A stretch of DNA of 64,000 nt from an uncultured Candidatus Rokubacteria bacterium (GTDB lineage Bacteria; Methylomirabilota; Methylomirabilia; Rokubacteriales; CSP1-6), in the NCBI GenBank assembly GCA_963754315.1, contig CAVWFS010000008.1, positions 628,990-692,989 on the forward strand, read 5' to 3'. The notes below the pieces were generated by a model. That model made no database searches. It was given only the letters and a program-made list of their open reading frames with translations, and was not told the DNA's origin. The translations under genes and the position numbers were made by a program. Positions 19,899 through 30,424 of this stretch are shown one piece after another. The first letter of the stretch is position 1; each line of letters opens with the position of its first letter.

Positions 19899-20040
19899 GG
19901 CGTCAGTCTATCATCGGCGCTTCGGGGCGTTGCCCTCCGATCGAACCTCACCTTCACCGCCGACGCCGAATATGCGCTGGACCTGGCCAAACGGTCCGCC
20001 CGGCTCGAGGTCCTTAAGGCGATGCCGGAACGAGGTCCGC

Positions 20041-21327
20041 TCAACGCGGTGCTGGGCGAGGAGGGGATCGTCCAGCTCGCTCCAAGATCTCAATGATGCG
20101 CGCGACAAACCCACCGATTTGCGCCGAGTGGCGGTACGCAAAGGGCGCCTGTCGAGGCGCTAGAGGGCCCGGCGATCCAGGGGCGCCCCGGGTTGCCCTC
20201 GGCGTCTGCGAGCGTGGGTGGGCTTTGGGGGCTCGTTCGAGGCCCCCTGTGGAAATCGCCTCCTGTCGCAGGGCGTGGTCGGCCAGGACGAGAGCCGTCA
20301 TGGCTTCGACCATGGGCACCGCGCGGGGAAGGACGCATGGATCGTGTCGGCCACGCCCGCGGATGGTCGTGTCCTCGAGGTCGACGCTCACGGTGGCTTG
20401 CTCGTGCATGATGGTGGCGGTCGGCTTGAAGCCGACCCGAAAGTAGATCGTCTCTCCGTTGCTGATTCCACCCTGCACGCCGCCGCTACGGTTGGTACGC
20501 GTGCGGACGCGATCGCCGTCCATGCGGAACTCGTCGTTGTGCTCCAGTCCGGTCAGATCCGTGCCCGCGAAGCCGGAGCCGATCTCGAAGCCCTTGCTGG
20601 CGGGGAGACTGAGCACCGCCTTGGCCAGATCCGCCTCCAGCCGGTCGAACACAGGCTCGCCCCAGCCGGGCGGACAGCCCCGAGCAGCGCACGTCACGAT
20701 GCCGCCCAGCGAGTTGCCGTCCTTGCGTGCCGCCTCGACGGCGGCAATCATCTCGGCGGCCATGGCCGGGTCCGGGCAGCGAATGGGCGTACGGTCGACC
20801 TCGGCCCGGCACACGCGTTCGAGGTCGGCCTCGGCCACCAGACGCCCAACCTTGGAAACCCAGGCCACGATCTCCACCCCGTAGCGTTCGGCCAGGAGCT
20901 TGCGCGCGATGGCGCCCGCGGCCACCCGCCCCGCCGTCTCGCGGGCGCTGGTGCGCCCGCCACCCCGCCAGTCGCGGATGCCGTACTTGGCGTCGTAGGT
21001 ATAGTCGGCGTGGCTCGGCCGGTATTTTTCCTGGATTTCCCGGTAGTCGCCCGGCCGCATGTCCTCGTTGGGAATCAGCAGGCTGATTGGGGTCCCCAGG
21101 GTCTTCCCCTCGAACACCCCGGAGAGGATGCGAACGGTGTCGGACTCTTTGCGCTGGGTGACGATCGCGCTTTGGCCAGGAGCGCGGCGATCGAGATCGG
21201 GCTGGATGTCGGCTTCGGACAGCTCCAGGAGCGCCGGGCAGCCGTCCACCACCACCCCGATGGCAGCCCCGTGGGATTCTCCCCATGTCGTCACGCGAAA
21301 GACAGTCCCGAAGCTATTGCCCGGCAA
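20041..21327 (-). CDS. aroC: Chorismate synthase (C-terminal ~65 aa of the ORF is probably spurious read-through)
   Basis: [51 protein letters not shown] signatures. Confidence 0.95.
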   Translation of the reverse strand: MPGNSFGTVFRVTTWGESHGAAIGVVVDGCPALLELSEADIQPDLDRRAPGQSAIVTQRKESDTVRILSGVFEGKTLGTPISLLIPNEDMRPGDYREIQEKYRPSHADYTYDAKYGIRDWRGGGRTSARETAGRVAAGAIARKLLAERYGVEIVAWVSKVGRLVAEADLERVCRAEVDRTPIRCPDPAMAAEMIAAVEAARKDGNSLGGIVTCAARGCPPGWGEPVFDRLEADLAKAVLSLPASKGFEIGSGFAGTDLTGLEHNDEFRMDGDRVRTRTNRSGGVQGGISNGETIYFRVGFKPTATIMHEQATVSVDLEDTTIRGRGRHDPCVLPRAVPMVEAMTALVLADHALRQEAISTGGLERAPKAHPRSQTPRATRGAPGSPGPLAPRQAPFAYRHSAQIGGFVARIIEILERAGRSPPRPAPR

Positions 21328-21664
21328 CTAGCCTCCCAACCCCCCGCTCGATCAGGGCCCCCGGGACCCCGGGGGCGCCCTCTCGGCCTCCTTCAGAATA
21401 CGATAGGCCACGGCGTGGTGTCGCCCTCGCTGAGAGCTGCCGGTTACGCTCCGCCTTTGGCGGTCCAGCGACCGGGTGAAGCAGGCCGGGGGACGTGGAT
21501 CCAATGCCGGATGCCGGGCTGTGCGGGGAGAATCTCCATGCACGTGCCCGGCTGCCATCCACATGAAGATGCACGCATCTACTGATGGATGCTGGCATCC
21601 TGTGGCAGGTGCCGGCGTTAAACGCAAGGAGAGGGAGGAGACAACGACATCGTAGAATCGGCCG

Positions 21665-21938
21665 ATGCGGGTAACCTGGGATCCGCACAAGGCTACTGCG
21701 AACGCCAGGAAGCACAAGGTATCCTTCGAGGAGGCGAGCAGCGTGCTGGCTGATCCTCTTGCCATCACGGGTGCCGACCCCGATCATTCGATCGACGAGA
21801 CCCGATGGATCACGTTCGGAGTCGTCGAACCGTTCGCGGCTGCTCGCCGTTTCCCACACCGACGAGGGCGACACCATTCGTATCATCAGCGCCCGGGCGG
21901 CGACACGCCCAGAACGTAGGCTTTATGAAGAAGGCTAG
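21665..21938 (+). CDS. brnT: BrnT-family toxin (DUF497); frameshift near 21822
   Basis: WDPHKATANARKHKVSFEEA..DPDHS.DE.RW, then LLAVSHT..IRIISARAATRPERRLYEEG in the shifted frame. Confidence 0.85.
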
Positions 21939-22175
21939 ACCCCTGCCAAGGATGATCTCCGCCGGTCGTATAAGCGCTCCGACTTCCCCGCGGGCTTCAC
22001 ACGCGGCAAACATGCTGCTCGCCTCGCGGCAGGCTCAAACGTGGTCGTTCTGAGTCCCGAGAATTCGACTGCTTTCCCGACGTCGGACGCCGTGAACGAA
22101 GCCTTGAACGGATTGCTGCGCGTGGCGAAGTCCAAGCGTCTAACGAGCCGTTCGAGCGGCCGCCGTTCGAGGTAG
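21925..22175 (+). CDS. BrnA-like antitoxin; frameshift near 21943
   Basis: MKKA../KDDLRRSYKRSDF..RGKHAARL..SNVVVLSPE...FPTSDAVNEALNGLL; overlaps the brnT stop. Confidence 0.75.
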
Positions 22176-22221
22176 TGTGCCGACACTCACCGTCGGCGCG
22201 GCTCAACGGCCAACGTTAACT
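22138..22221 (+). mobile_element. Integron attC site (84 bp)
   Basis: GTCTAAC (RYYYAAC) ... GTTAACT; L arms CCGTT(C)GAGC / GCTCAACGG with one extrahelical base; inner AGTGT/ACACT stem; matching cassette start GTTAAAC at 21617-21623. Confidence 0.75.
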
Positions 22222-23102
22222 TCAAGAAACGGCTGGAACGACGTGAGTGCTCCTTAGACAACCGGTTGCTTCGAGTTCAACGATAGTTCCAAATGTCGTC
22301 GAACAGCTCGTGAGGGACCGGTGATTCAGGCGGAGGGTCGAATCCGCCGGTGGGCGTCGATCGCCCGAGAGATGCGATAGGCAGATACCTCCGCGAGGCT
22401 CTGCCCGATGGCGAGACGGCACCGCCGAACGCTCGGTTCCAGCCATGAAGGCGAGACTTTCAAGACATCGATACCGCTCTAATCGAGTTCAGGACCGGTG
22501 ACAGCTTCAACGAGTGATGAGAACACACAGCTGATCGATGCTGAGGCAATCTTACTATCGAACATGCGCGACGCGCTGACCTCAACGCTCGTGAACAGTC
22601 CCTGACTTCAACCGGCGGCAACGGCGACAGTGGGCTCGCCATGCTCGCGGCCGGCCCGCTGGCTTGCTTCGGCCAAAGAGGAGCCTAACCGCTGAAACCG
22701 GGTTGCGAGGGAGCCAGACGGGATGTGTGGGTTGGCCCCCGGAGCTACGGCGTTGTTCCAAGTGAACGAAGAAGACGAAAAAGGTGAGGGAGGGCTCCCG
22801 CGAGCGCTTTCATCGTTAATTCGAGATGTCGGATGCCTCGCCTGCAGGCCAAGCTCGACCGATGAACTCGGCCGCGGTGACCGCGCCGCCCGGAGCCGTG
22901 TCCTCAGATATCAGCGACGTCCTGGCGGCCCATGCGACCGGCTATGCTGTGGGCGGTAGGGTGAACGAAGTAAACGAAGAAAGGTGGGGGGCACTTACTT
23001 CGTTCAATCTCGTGCCCGTCGGGTGAACAGGAGCCGCGAGGGTCGCCTGCCGTTTCAGACCCATCGCCGCCTGCCCTGCTCCGCGCGGCCGGGCTGACAC
23101 AT

Positions 23103-23131
23103 TTGACACGATGAGACAATTCTGATACTGT
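23103..23131 (+). promoter_or_regulatory. Sigma70 promoter overlapped by TGACAC-like direct repeats
   Basis: TTGACA-17 nt-TACTGT with an extended TG; repeats TGACAC, TGACAC, TGAGAC, TGATAC between 23095 and 23128. Confidence 0.7.
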
Positions 23132-23138
23132 CGGTCCC

Positions 23139-23430
23139 GTGGCCAAGCACGAGAGGTCTGCCGTGAGTGTCGCCGAGGCCGGACGCTTGCTGGGTGTTTC
23201 CCGCTCGACGATCTGGCGGATGATTCGCCGGGGCGACCTGCCAAGCATCCGCCAGGGCGGTCGCCGTCTCGTTCTGGCCGACGCGTTGCGTGCGAGCTCG
23301 ACGAGGACCCTGAGAAAGAGCGTGCCGCCACTGAGCAAGGACCACCCGATCTTCCGCCTCGTCGGGGCCGGTCGGGAGCGGCGGGAACCCGCCAGGTGCC
23401 CGCGACAAGCACGCGATCCTCGACCAGTGA
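23139..23430 (+). CDS. Excisionase-type HTH antitoxin; frameshift near 23373
   Basis: VSVAEAGRLLGVSRSTIWRMIRRGDLPS HTH; removing one G gives ..GAGRSGGNPPGARDKHAILDQ* whose stop overlaps the toxin GTG (GTGA). Confidence 0.72.
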
Positions 23431-23687
23431 GAAGAGGCGTCCTGTGGGATTCGAGCGCCGTGCTGGCTCTGCTGGACGCCGCCGTCATCCGCGTCCTCCC
23501 TGAGGAGGAGGCGCAGGCCAAGGCCATCCTGGCTCGCCACCAGGACAAGGACTGGAGCCTCTGCGATGCGATCTCCTTCGCCGTCCTGGAGGCGCGTGGC
23601 GTGCGAACGGCGTTCACCTTCGACCAGCACTTTCGCCAATACGGACGATTCGATATTCTCGGGCCTGACGCCAGGTCGAAAAGATGA
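23427..23687 (+). pseudogene. vapC: VapC/PIN toxin with probable internal deletion (86 aa)
   Basis: VLWDSSAVLALLDA joins directly to VIRVLPEEE..DKDWSLCDAISF..AFTFDQHF; the central PIN segment is absent. Confidence 0.65.
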
Positions 23688-23763
23688 GATGGTTCCTCTG
23701 CGAGCCCGGCGCGCGTCCCGACGTGACGAGCGGCCGGGAGATCTGTCGCTTTCGAGGAGGCTT

Positions 23764-24171
23764 ATGAGCGCGCTAGCGCCCGGATTGAAGCACTCGCAGT
23801 CCGTGACGGTCACGACAGAGATGACCCCGCCGCATCTGCGGGGGGAACCCATCCGGGTGCTGGCCACCCCGGAGATGGTACGGCTGGTCGAGCAGACGGC
23901 GATCAGCGCCGTGCAGCCCCTGCTCAAGGCGGGTCAGACCACGGTCGGCACGAAAGTGAACATCGCGCATCTGGCCGCCACCCCCGAGGGGATGAAAGCC
24001 ACGATCACGGTGGAGCTGACCGAGGTGGACCGACGCCGGCTGAGCTTCCGCTTCGAGGTGCACGACGAGGTGGAGAAGGTGGGCGAGGGCACGCACGAAC
24101 GCTTCATCGTGGATCCCGAGATGCGGATGCCACGCCTGCAGACCAAGCTCGACGCCTGGCGGAAACGCTAG
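23764..24171 (+). CDS. FlK-like (fluoroacetyl-CoA type) thioesterase
   Basis: VLATPEMVRLVE, TTVGTKVNIAHLAATPEG, GEGTHERFIV. Confidence 0.85.
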   Translation: MSALAPGLKHSQSVTVTTEMTPPHLRGEPIRVLATPEMVRLVEQTAISAVQPLLKAGQTTVGTKVNIAHLAATPEGMKATITVELTEVDRRRLSFRFEVHDEVEKVGEGTHERFIVDPEMRMPRLQTKLDAWRKR

Positions 24172-24181
24172 CTCCGACTGG

Positions 24182-26222
24182 CTATCCCTGGGCTGCCGCG
24201 ACTTCGACGGTCGCGTCGAATGCGGACTGGCCGGCCGAGAACGGGAAGAGATCCACGGCCTCGTCGGGGAGGACCGCCTGTCCCGACGTCAAGCGGTTCA
24301 GCCCCTGCCAGCCGTCGTGCATCCACACCGTTCCAGCGGGAATCTTCGCGGTGACGCGCGCGCGGGCGCGCAACTCGCCCCGCTCGTTGTAAATCCGAAT
24401 GGCGGCGCCGTCGCCGAGCCCGCGGGTGTGCGGCATCGGCGGGCGCGATCCAGAGCTCCGGCTCCGGATCGGCCTTGACCAGCGAGGGTAGGGCACGACC
24501 GTGATCGTAGAAGGCGTGGAAATGGGTGAGTGACCGGCCTTGCTGGAAGACGAGTGGGTAGCGCGCAGAGGACGGCGGCTCGTACATGGGTAACGCGGGC
24601 AGACCCAGCGCTCGCGCCCGCTCGGAGACGAACTCGACCTTCCCCGAGGGCGTATCGAAGACGCGGTCGGGGTACGCCACGTGGGAAATGCGCAACGCCC
24701 GAAAGCCGCCTTCGGCCCGCAGAGCGGCTACCGTGGCGTGCCCGGTCGCGGGATGATCGAGGAGGGTGTCGAGCAGGTCCTCCGCGGATGTCCACGGATA
24801 GAAATCCTCGAGGCCGAGGCGTCGCGCGAGCTCCTTGAGAACCCACGATCCCGAGCGCGTTTCGCCGGGCGGATCGAGGACCTGCGGCATCAGATAGAGA
24901 TGGGTGTTGGTGCTCTTGCACCCGAGCTCCTCCAACCACGAGGTGCTGGGAAGTACCACATCGGCGAAGCGGCGTGCCGTGTCGTTCATGAACAGCTCGT
25001 AACTCACCACGAGATCCTGGCGGGCGAGTCCTGCTTCCAGCCGGCCCGTGTCGGCGAAGGACGACAGCATGTCCGTTCCGAAGAGCAGGAGGGCTCGCAC
25101 GTGGCCCTCGCTGAGCGCCCCGAGCATGCTCGACATCTGGTTGGGGATGTAGCGGCCAGGAGGTCGCCGCTCGAGAGCCACGATGCTCGCCAGGCCTTGA
25201 CCATGAGAGGCGCTGCCGTGGCGCGGGCCGAGGCCGCCTCCGGCGACACCAAGGTTGCCGGTGAGGGCCGGCAGACAGCCGACGGCTCGCGCCGCCTGCC
25301 AGCTATTGGGCCCCTTGTGCATCGAGCTCCCGCCCAGCACGATCATGGCGGGCTTCGTGGACGCGTACTCGCGCGCGAGGGCTACGATGCGCTGCGCGGC
25401 AATCCCGGTTACCTCTTCTGCCCACTGAGGCGTGTGACGGCCGAGATCCGCGGCCAGCTCGTCGAAGCCCTGGGTATGCTGGGTCACGAATTCACGGTCG
25501 TACAGTTTCTCGCCGACGATCACGTGCATCATGCCGAGGGCCAGCGCGGAGTCCGTGCCGGGCCGCAGGAGGAATGTTTCATCGGACAGAGCCGCCGCTT
25601 CGGTCTCGCGCACGTCGATGGTGACCACGCGGGCCCCGCGCCGCTTGGCGGCCGCCAGGTGGCGTCCCGTGTTCGGCTGGCTGGCGAGGTTGGCTCCCCA
25701 CAGGAGGATGAATGACGCGTGGGCCCCCATGTCTTCCTTGGTGTTCGTCTCCAGCACGCCCGTGAGGCCGAGGCCGAAGGCGCCGAGCCCCCAGCAGATC
25801 ATGGTGGGATTCCACCATTGACAGCCGTACAGGTTGGCAAAACGGCGGAGCAGATGGGAGTTGATGCGGGTGCCGTAGTTGTTGGCAAAAAAGCCGTGCC
25901 CGGACCAGGTGGCCACCGCCTCCCGTCCCACCGCCTGCATCCCCGTGGCGATCCGGTCGAGCGCCTCGTCCCAGGTCACCTGGCGCCAGGCGCCGCTCCG
26001 GTGTGACCGGACCAGGGGATGGAGCAAGCGCAGGGGGTTGTCGATGATCTCGCGCGAGGCCTGGCCACGCACACAGAGAAATCCCTGGCTGTCGGGATTG
26101 TCTTTGTCTCCGCTGACTCGAAGGAGTTTCCCGGCCTCGATCTCGACCAGCATGCCGCACAGGGTGGGATGGCAGTTCATGGGGCACATGGTCCGGATCA
26201 CGTGGCGGCCTGTGTCACTCAT
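24182..26222 (-). CDS. Molybdopterin-dependent oxidoreductase catalytic subunit; frameshift near 24428
   Basis: CPMNCHPTLC..LCVRG Fe-S motif, RPGTDSALALG, ADVVLPST, TPSGKVEF; molybdopterin-binding C-terminus in the second frame. Confidence 0.87.
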
Positions 26223-26241
26223 GCCCTACACCATACCGCGA

Positions 26242-27465
26242 CTACCCCACCGAGGGGGTCCGTACGTGTTCGGGCCGCACGCCGAGACCGATGAGCCGGG
26301 CGGGGATGCGGCGAAGGAAGGGGAAGGTCGTCAGCAGGCGCAACACCCTGGGCGGGCGCAACTCACCGGAGGTCGCCAGAACTCGAGTGATCACCCGATT
26401 CTGGATCAGGACCTGAAACCTCTGGGTGAGGCGGGTGGGTAGCTCACGCCGCCGCTGCACGCGGCGAAGGTGCTCGGCGGTGATCCGTCCCGCGCGAAGA
26501 GGCTCCACGAGGAGATTGGCGGTGGCCACCGCATCCTGGATGGCGAGATTGATCCCGACACCGCCCACCGGGGACATCGCATGCGCCGAATCGCCGATGC
26601 AGAGCAGGCCCGGGCGATACCACCGGTCGAGCCGGTCTACCTGCACCGTCAAGAGCTTCACGTCGTCCCACGCGGAGATCTCGTCGACTCGGTCGGCGAG
26701 GTAGGGTGCCAGCGCCGCCACCGCGGCGCGGAAGGGCCCGAGACCGCGCTGCCGGATCGCCTCGAGCGCGCCCTTGGGGATCACGTAGCCGCACTGCCAG
26801 TGTTCCCCGCGGTTGATCGCGATGAAGATGCGCCCGACGTCGAAGCGACCCATCGTCTGGGCGGGATCGGTGGCCCGCCGCGACAGCCGGAACCACAACA
26901 CATCTATCGGCGCTCCCAGCTCGCGCACGCGGAGGCCAGCTCTCTCGCGAACGATCGAGCCTCGCCCATCGGCGCCCACTACCAGCGCCGCGCTGACCTC
27001 GATCGGGCCTTCCGGACCGATCGCTCGCACGCCGACCACGCGGTCGGACTGCTCGATCAGGTCCGTGGCCTCGGTCGAGAGACGCAGGTGGAACCCAGGA
27101 TAGCGAGCGGCGCGCGCGGCCAGAAAGTTCAGGAAGTCCCACTGCGGCATGAACGCGATGAACTTGCAACGGGTCGGGAGGTGGCTGAAATCAGCGATGA
27201 CGACGGGGAAGCGTCCGACCTGTCCGATGAGCTGCTGAACCTGCTGGTGCGGCAGCTTCAAGAACTCGTCGAGGAGCCCCAGCTCGTGCATCAGCTCGAG
27301 CGTGGACGGGTGGATGGTGTCGCCCCGAAAGTCGCGGAGAAAATCGGAGTGCTTCTCGAGAACCGCGACCTGCAGTCCGGCCCGCGCGAGCAGGAATCCC
27401 AGCATCATGCCGGCGGGGCCCCCGCCCACGACGCAGCACTGCACCGAGATTCTGTCGATGGCCAT
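26242..27465 (-). CDS. FAD-dependent monooxygenase/oxidoreductase
   Basis: GGGPAG, DFRGDTIHP, VVGADG, IGDSAHAMSPVGGVGINLAIQDA. Confidence 0.9.
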   Translation of the reverse strand: MAIDRISVQCCVVGGGPAGMMLGFLLARAGLQVAVLEKHSDFLRDFRGDTIHPSTLELMHELGLLDEFLKLPHQQVQQLIGQVGRFPVVIADFSHLPTRCKFIAFMPQWDFLNFLAARAARYPGFHLRLSTEATDLIEQSDRVVGVRAIGPEGPIEVSAALVVGADGRGSIVRERAGLRVRELGAPIDVLWFRLSRRATDPAQTMGRFDVGRIFIAINRGEHWQCGYVIPKGALEAIRQRGLGPFRAAVAALAPYLADRVDEISAWDDVKLLTVQVDRLDRWYRPGLLCIGDSAHAMSPVGGVGINLAIQDAVATANLLVEPLRAGRITAEHLRRVQRRRELPTRLTQRFQVLIQNRVITRVLATSGELRPPRVLRLLTTFPFLRRIPARLIGLGVRPEHVRTPSVG

Positions 27466-27503
27466 CAGGAGGTCGGGAGGGCGTAAGCCCGCCTGGGGTG
27501 TGG

Positions 27504-28226
27504 TTACGCACGTCCATAGACGGGGATGGCCGCGCCGCTGATGATCCGCGCATCCGGGCCGACGAGGAAGAGGATCACCTTGGCGATCTCTTCTGGTTTC
27601 ACCCAGCGGCTGGCATCCTCGCCGGGGCTGTTCTGCCGGTTGGCCGGCGTATCGATCACGCTGGGCAGAATCGCGTTGGCGGTGACGTTGCGGTCGCGCA
27701 GCTCGGCCGCCAGCGCCTCCGTCAGCTGGAGAACGGCGCGCTTGGCGGCCGCGTAGGCGGCGAGGTGAGCCGCGGGCTGGGTTGCCGTGCGTGTGCTCAC
27801 GTTGACGATGGCGCCGCCGCCACGGGCCAGCATGTGCGGTACCGCCGCCGCGCAGGAGAGGACTGCCGTCTTGAGATTCAGCTCGAGCTGCTGCTGCCAC
27901 AGCGACCAGGGTGTCTCGTGGACGGGCTTGCCGCCTCCGAAGCCGCCCGCGAGATTCACGAGGATATCCACGCCTCCGCGCTGCCGCGCGACGTCGGCGT
28001 AATAGTGGGTGACGGCCGCGTCGTCGGTGAGGTCGAGACGAGTCCCGCCCAAGCTCGCGGAAGCGGAAAGACCGGCCCGGTCGCGGAGCTTCTCGAGATC
28101 GCCCTCGAACTGGTAGGGCACCACGACGGCAGCGCCAGCCTCCAGCAGCGCTTTGACCACGGCTCCGCCGAGAGCGCCGGCGCCGCCGGTGACGATCGCC
28201 GTCTTGTCGTCGAGCTGGCCCATCAT
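27504..28226 (-). CDS. Short-chain dehydrogenase/reductase
   Basis: TGGAGALG and YAAAK motifs. Confidence 0.9.
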   Translation of the reverse strand: MMGQLDDKTAIVTGGAGALGGAVVKALLEAGAAVVVPYQFEGDLEKLRDRAGLSASASLGGTRLDLTDDAAVTHYYADVARQRGGVDILVNLAGGFGGGKPVHETPWSLWQQQLELNLKTAVLSCAAAVPHMLARGGGAIVNVSTRTATQPAAHLAAYAAAKRAVLQLTEALAAELRDRNVTANAILPSVIDTPANRQNSPGEDASRWVKPEEIAKVILFLVGPDARIISGAAIPVYGRA

Positions 28227-28333
28227 CGCCTCCTTGCCTGCATCGCGTGCATACTAACCGAACCTTGTCGAAGGTGGAGCGCCTGCTGTAGTCTCGCGCC
28301 ACCGAGGAGACCACCCATGAGAGCGGATCGCGT

Positions 28334-29443
28334 ATGAAGATCACCGACGTCACCCTCACCCTGTTTGCGTGGACCGGCATTCCTCCCACCACCTACGGCC
28401 GACACACCGGCAAGTTCAGTGGCCAGAGCCAGATCGGGCTCTTGCGAGTGAGCACCGACGCCGGCATCGAGGGACACGCGTTCCTCGGTTCGGCTCAGCG
28501 CAGCGCCGAATTCGACGGCGCGTCATTGATCCACTACTTGAAGCCTATCGTCGTGGGGCAGGATCCGCTGGATCGCGAGCGTCTGTGGCAGGCCCTGTGG
28601 TCGCGCAATCGCAACACCACCTTGCGGGCCATCGGGGCAGTGGACGTCGCGCTGTGGGACATCGCGGGCAAGGTGGCGGGGCTCCCCATCCACAAGCTGC
28701 TCGGGTCCTACCGCGATCGGGTGCCGGCGTACGCCAGCTCCGCCGTCCTTGCCTCCAAGGAGGCCTATGCCGACGAGGCGGTGCGGTTCAAGTCCCAGGG
28801 CTGGACGGCCTACAAGATCCATCCGCCCACCGACCCCAAGGTCGACATCGAGGTGTGCCGCGCAGTGCGGGCAGCGGTGGGCGACGAGTTCACGGTCATG
28901 CTCGATTCCACCTGGGCCTACCAGTACCCCGAGGCCCTGCGCGTGGGTCAAGCCACCGAGGAGCTGGGCTTCCACTGGTACGAGGATCCGCTGGCCGACG
29001 ACGACCTGTACAACTACGTGAAGCTCAAGCAGCAGCTGCATATCCCCATCCTGGCCACCGAGTACACCCCGGGTGGTTTCACCGCGTACGCGCCCTGGCT
29101 GACCGCTCGCGCCACCGATTACCTGCGTGGCGACGTGGCCGTGAAGGGCGGCATCACACCGCTGGTGAAGACCGCGCACCTGGCCGAGGCGTTCCACATG
29201 AACTTCGAGCTTCACCATGGGGGCAACTCCCTCAACAACGTGGCGAACATTCACGTGATCATGGCCATCAAGAACTGCGAGTTCTTCGAGGTGCTGCTGC
29301 CGGCGGGCGCCCAGAAGTACGGGCTCGTCGAGGACATCGAGGTCGATTCGCAGGGTCTGGTGCACGCCATGAACGAGCCGGGGCTGGGAGCGGCCATCGA
29401 CTTTGCCCTCGTCGAGCGAAACAAGACGACCGTCCTCTCGTGA
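28334..29443 (+). CDS. Mandelate racemase / enolase superfamily protein
   Basis: AVDVALWDIAGKVAGLPIHKLLG signature, YKIH, MLDS, WYEDP. Confidence 0.9.
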   Translation: MKITDVTLTLFAWTGIPPTTYGRHTGKFSGQSQIGLLRVSTDAGIEGHAFLGSAQRSAEFDGASLIHYLKPIVVGQDPLDRERLWQALWSRNRNTTLRAIGAVDVALWDIAGKVAGLPIHKLLGSYRDRVPAYASSAVLASKEAYADEAVRFKSQGWTAYKIHPPTDPKVDIEVCRAVRAAVGDEFTVMLDSTWAYQYPEALRVGQATEELGFHWYEDPLADDDLYNYVKLKQQLHIPILATEYTPGGFTAYAPWLTARATDYLRGDVAVKGGITPLVKTAHLAEAFHMNFELHHGGNSLNNVANIHVIMAIKNCEFFEVLLPAGAQKYGLVEDIEVDSQGLVHAMNEPGLGAAIDFALVERNKTTVLS

Positions 29444-30345
29444 CGGGTGACGCGGCCGGCCGCCGGATCGTCGATTCGCACCACCATATCTGGCGACTGA
29501 GCGATCTTCCCTGGCTGAGCGGCCCGCCGGTGCCGCGCATCTTCGGGGACTACCAGGCCATGCGCCGCGACTATCTCATCGACGACTACCTGGCCGACAC
29601 CAAGGGCGCGGGTGTCGTGAAGTCTGTCTACGTCCAGACCAATTGGCCGACCGAGCGCCACCTCGAGGAAGTGGCCTGGGTGCAGTCGGTGGCCGACGGC
29701 CATGGTTACCCGCACGCGATCGTGGGGTTCGCCGATCTCACCTGGCCCGACGTGGGAGCGCGGCTCGACACCATGCGCATCCACCCGAACCTCAGGGGGA
29801 TCCGTCAGCAGCTGCACTGGCACACCAACGAGCGGTATCGCTTCGCCTCCCGGCCCGATCTCATGAACGATCCGGGCTGGCGCCGCGGCCTGGTCGAGGT
29901 AGGTCGGCGTGGCCTCGTCTTCGAGCTACAGGTGTTCGCGAGCCAGATGGCGGACAGCGCCCGACTGGCTCGCGACCACCCGCACATCACGTTCGTCCTC
30001 ATGCACGCCGGGATGCTCGAGGATCGAAGCCCTCAGGGGTGGGCAAGGTGGCGTCAGGGGATGCGTGATCTCGCCGGCTGTCCCAACGTGTTTGTGAAGC
30101 TTTCGGGGCTGGGGACCTTCGAGCACCGGTGCTCGGTCGATCTCTGGCGGCCCGTGATCGAGGAGACGCTCGGCCTGTTCGGGCCGCGTCGCTGCATGTT
30201 CGGGAGCAACGTCCCCGTGGAGATGCTGTGGACGGCCTATGCCGACATCGTCGCCGTGATGGGCGAGTGCCTCGCGTCTCTCAGCGAAGCTGAGCGGACG
30301 CTCGTATGGCACGACACGGCGGCGAGGGTTTACCACCTGGACTGA
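29440..30345 (+). CDS. Amidohydrolase-2 family (sugar lactonase-like)
   Basis: IVDSHHHIW, VKLSG, RCMFGSNVPV; GTG overlaps the previous stop. Confidence 0.85.
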   Translation: MTGDAAGRRIVDSHHHIWRLSDLPWLSGPPVPRIFGDYQAMRRDYLIDDYLADTKGAGVVKSVYVQTNWPTERHLEEVAWVQSVADGHGYPHAIVGFADLTWPDVGARLDTMRIHPNLRGIRQQLHWHTNERYRFASRPDLMNDPGWRRGLVEVGRRGLVFELQVFASQMADSARLARDHPHITFVLMHAGMLEDRSPQGWARWRQGMRDLAGCPNVFVKLSGLGTFEHRCSVDLWRPVIEETLGLFGPRRCMFGSNVPVEMLWTAYADIVAVMGECLASLSEAERTLVWHDTAARVYHLD

Positions 30346-30424
30346 GCTGATCGCTTGATTTAGCTCATCGTCTCGTCACCAGGATGTCGTGCGTTTGTCG
30401 CAGTGCGTCAGTACACTGATCAGC

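Noticed and set aside
20041..20250. C-terminal extension of AroC
   Set aside because: The extension reads through a degenerate REP-like repeat and is low complexity; probably not a real domain.
22683..22740. Second attC starting at GCCTAAC
   Set aside because: No convincing complementary L arms or terminal GTTRRRY at a suitable distance.
23139..23687. HTH-PIN fusion protein
   Set aside because: One extra G explains the fusion; the corrected frame gives a normal antitoxin stop overlapping the toxin start.
26242..28392. 716-aa ORF as a single fusion
   Set aside because: The N-terminal part is an off-frame overlap with the SDR gene; the FAD enzyme starts at 27465.
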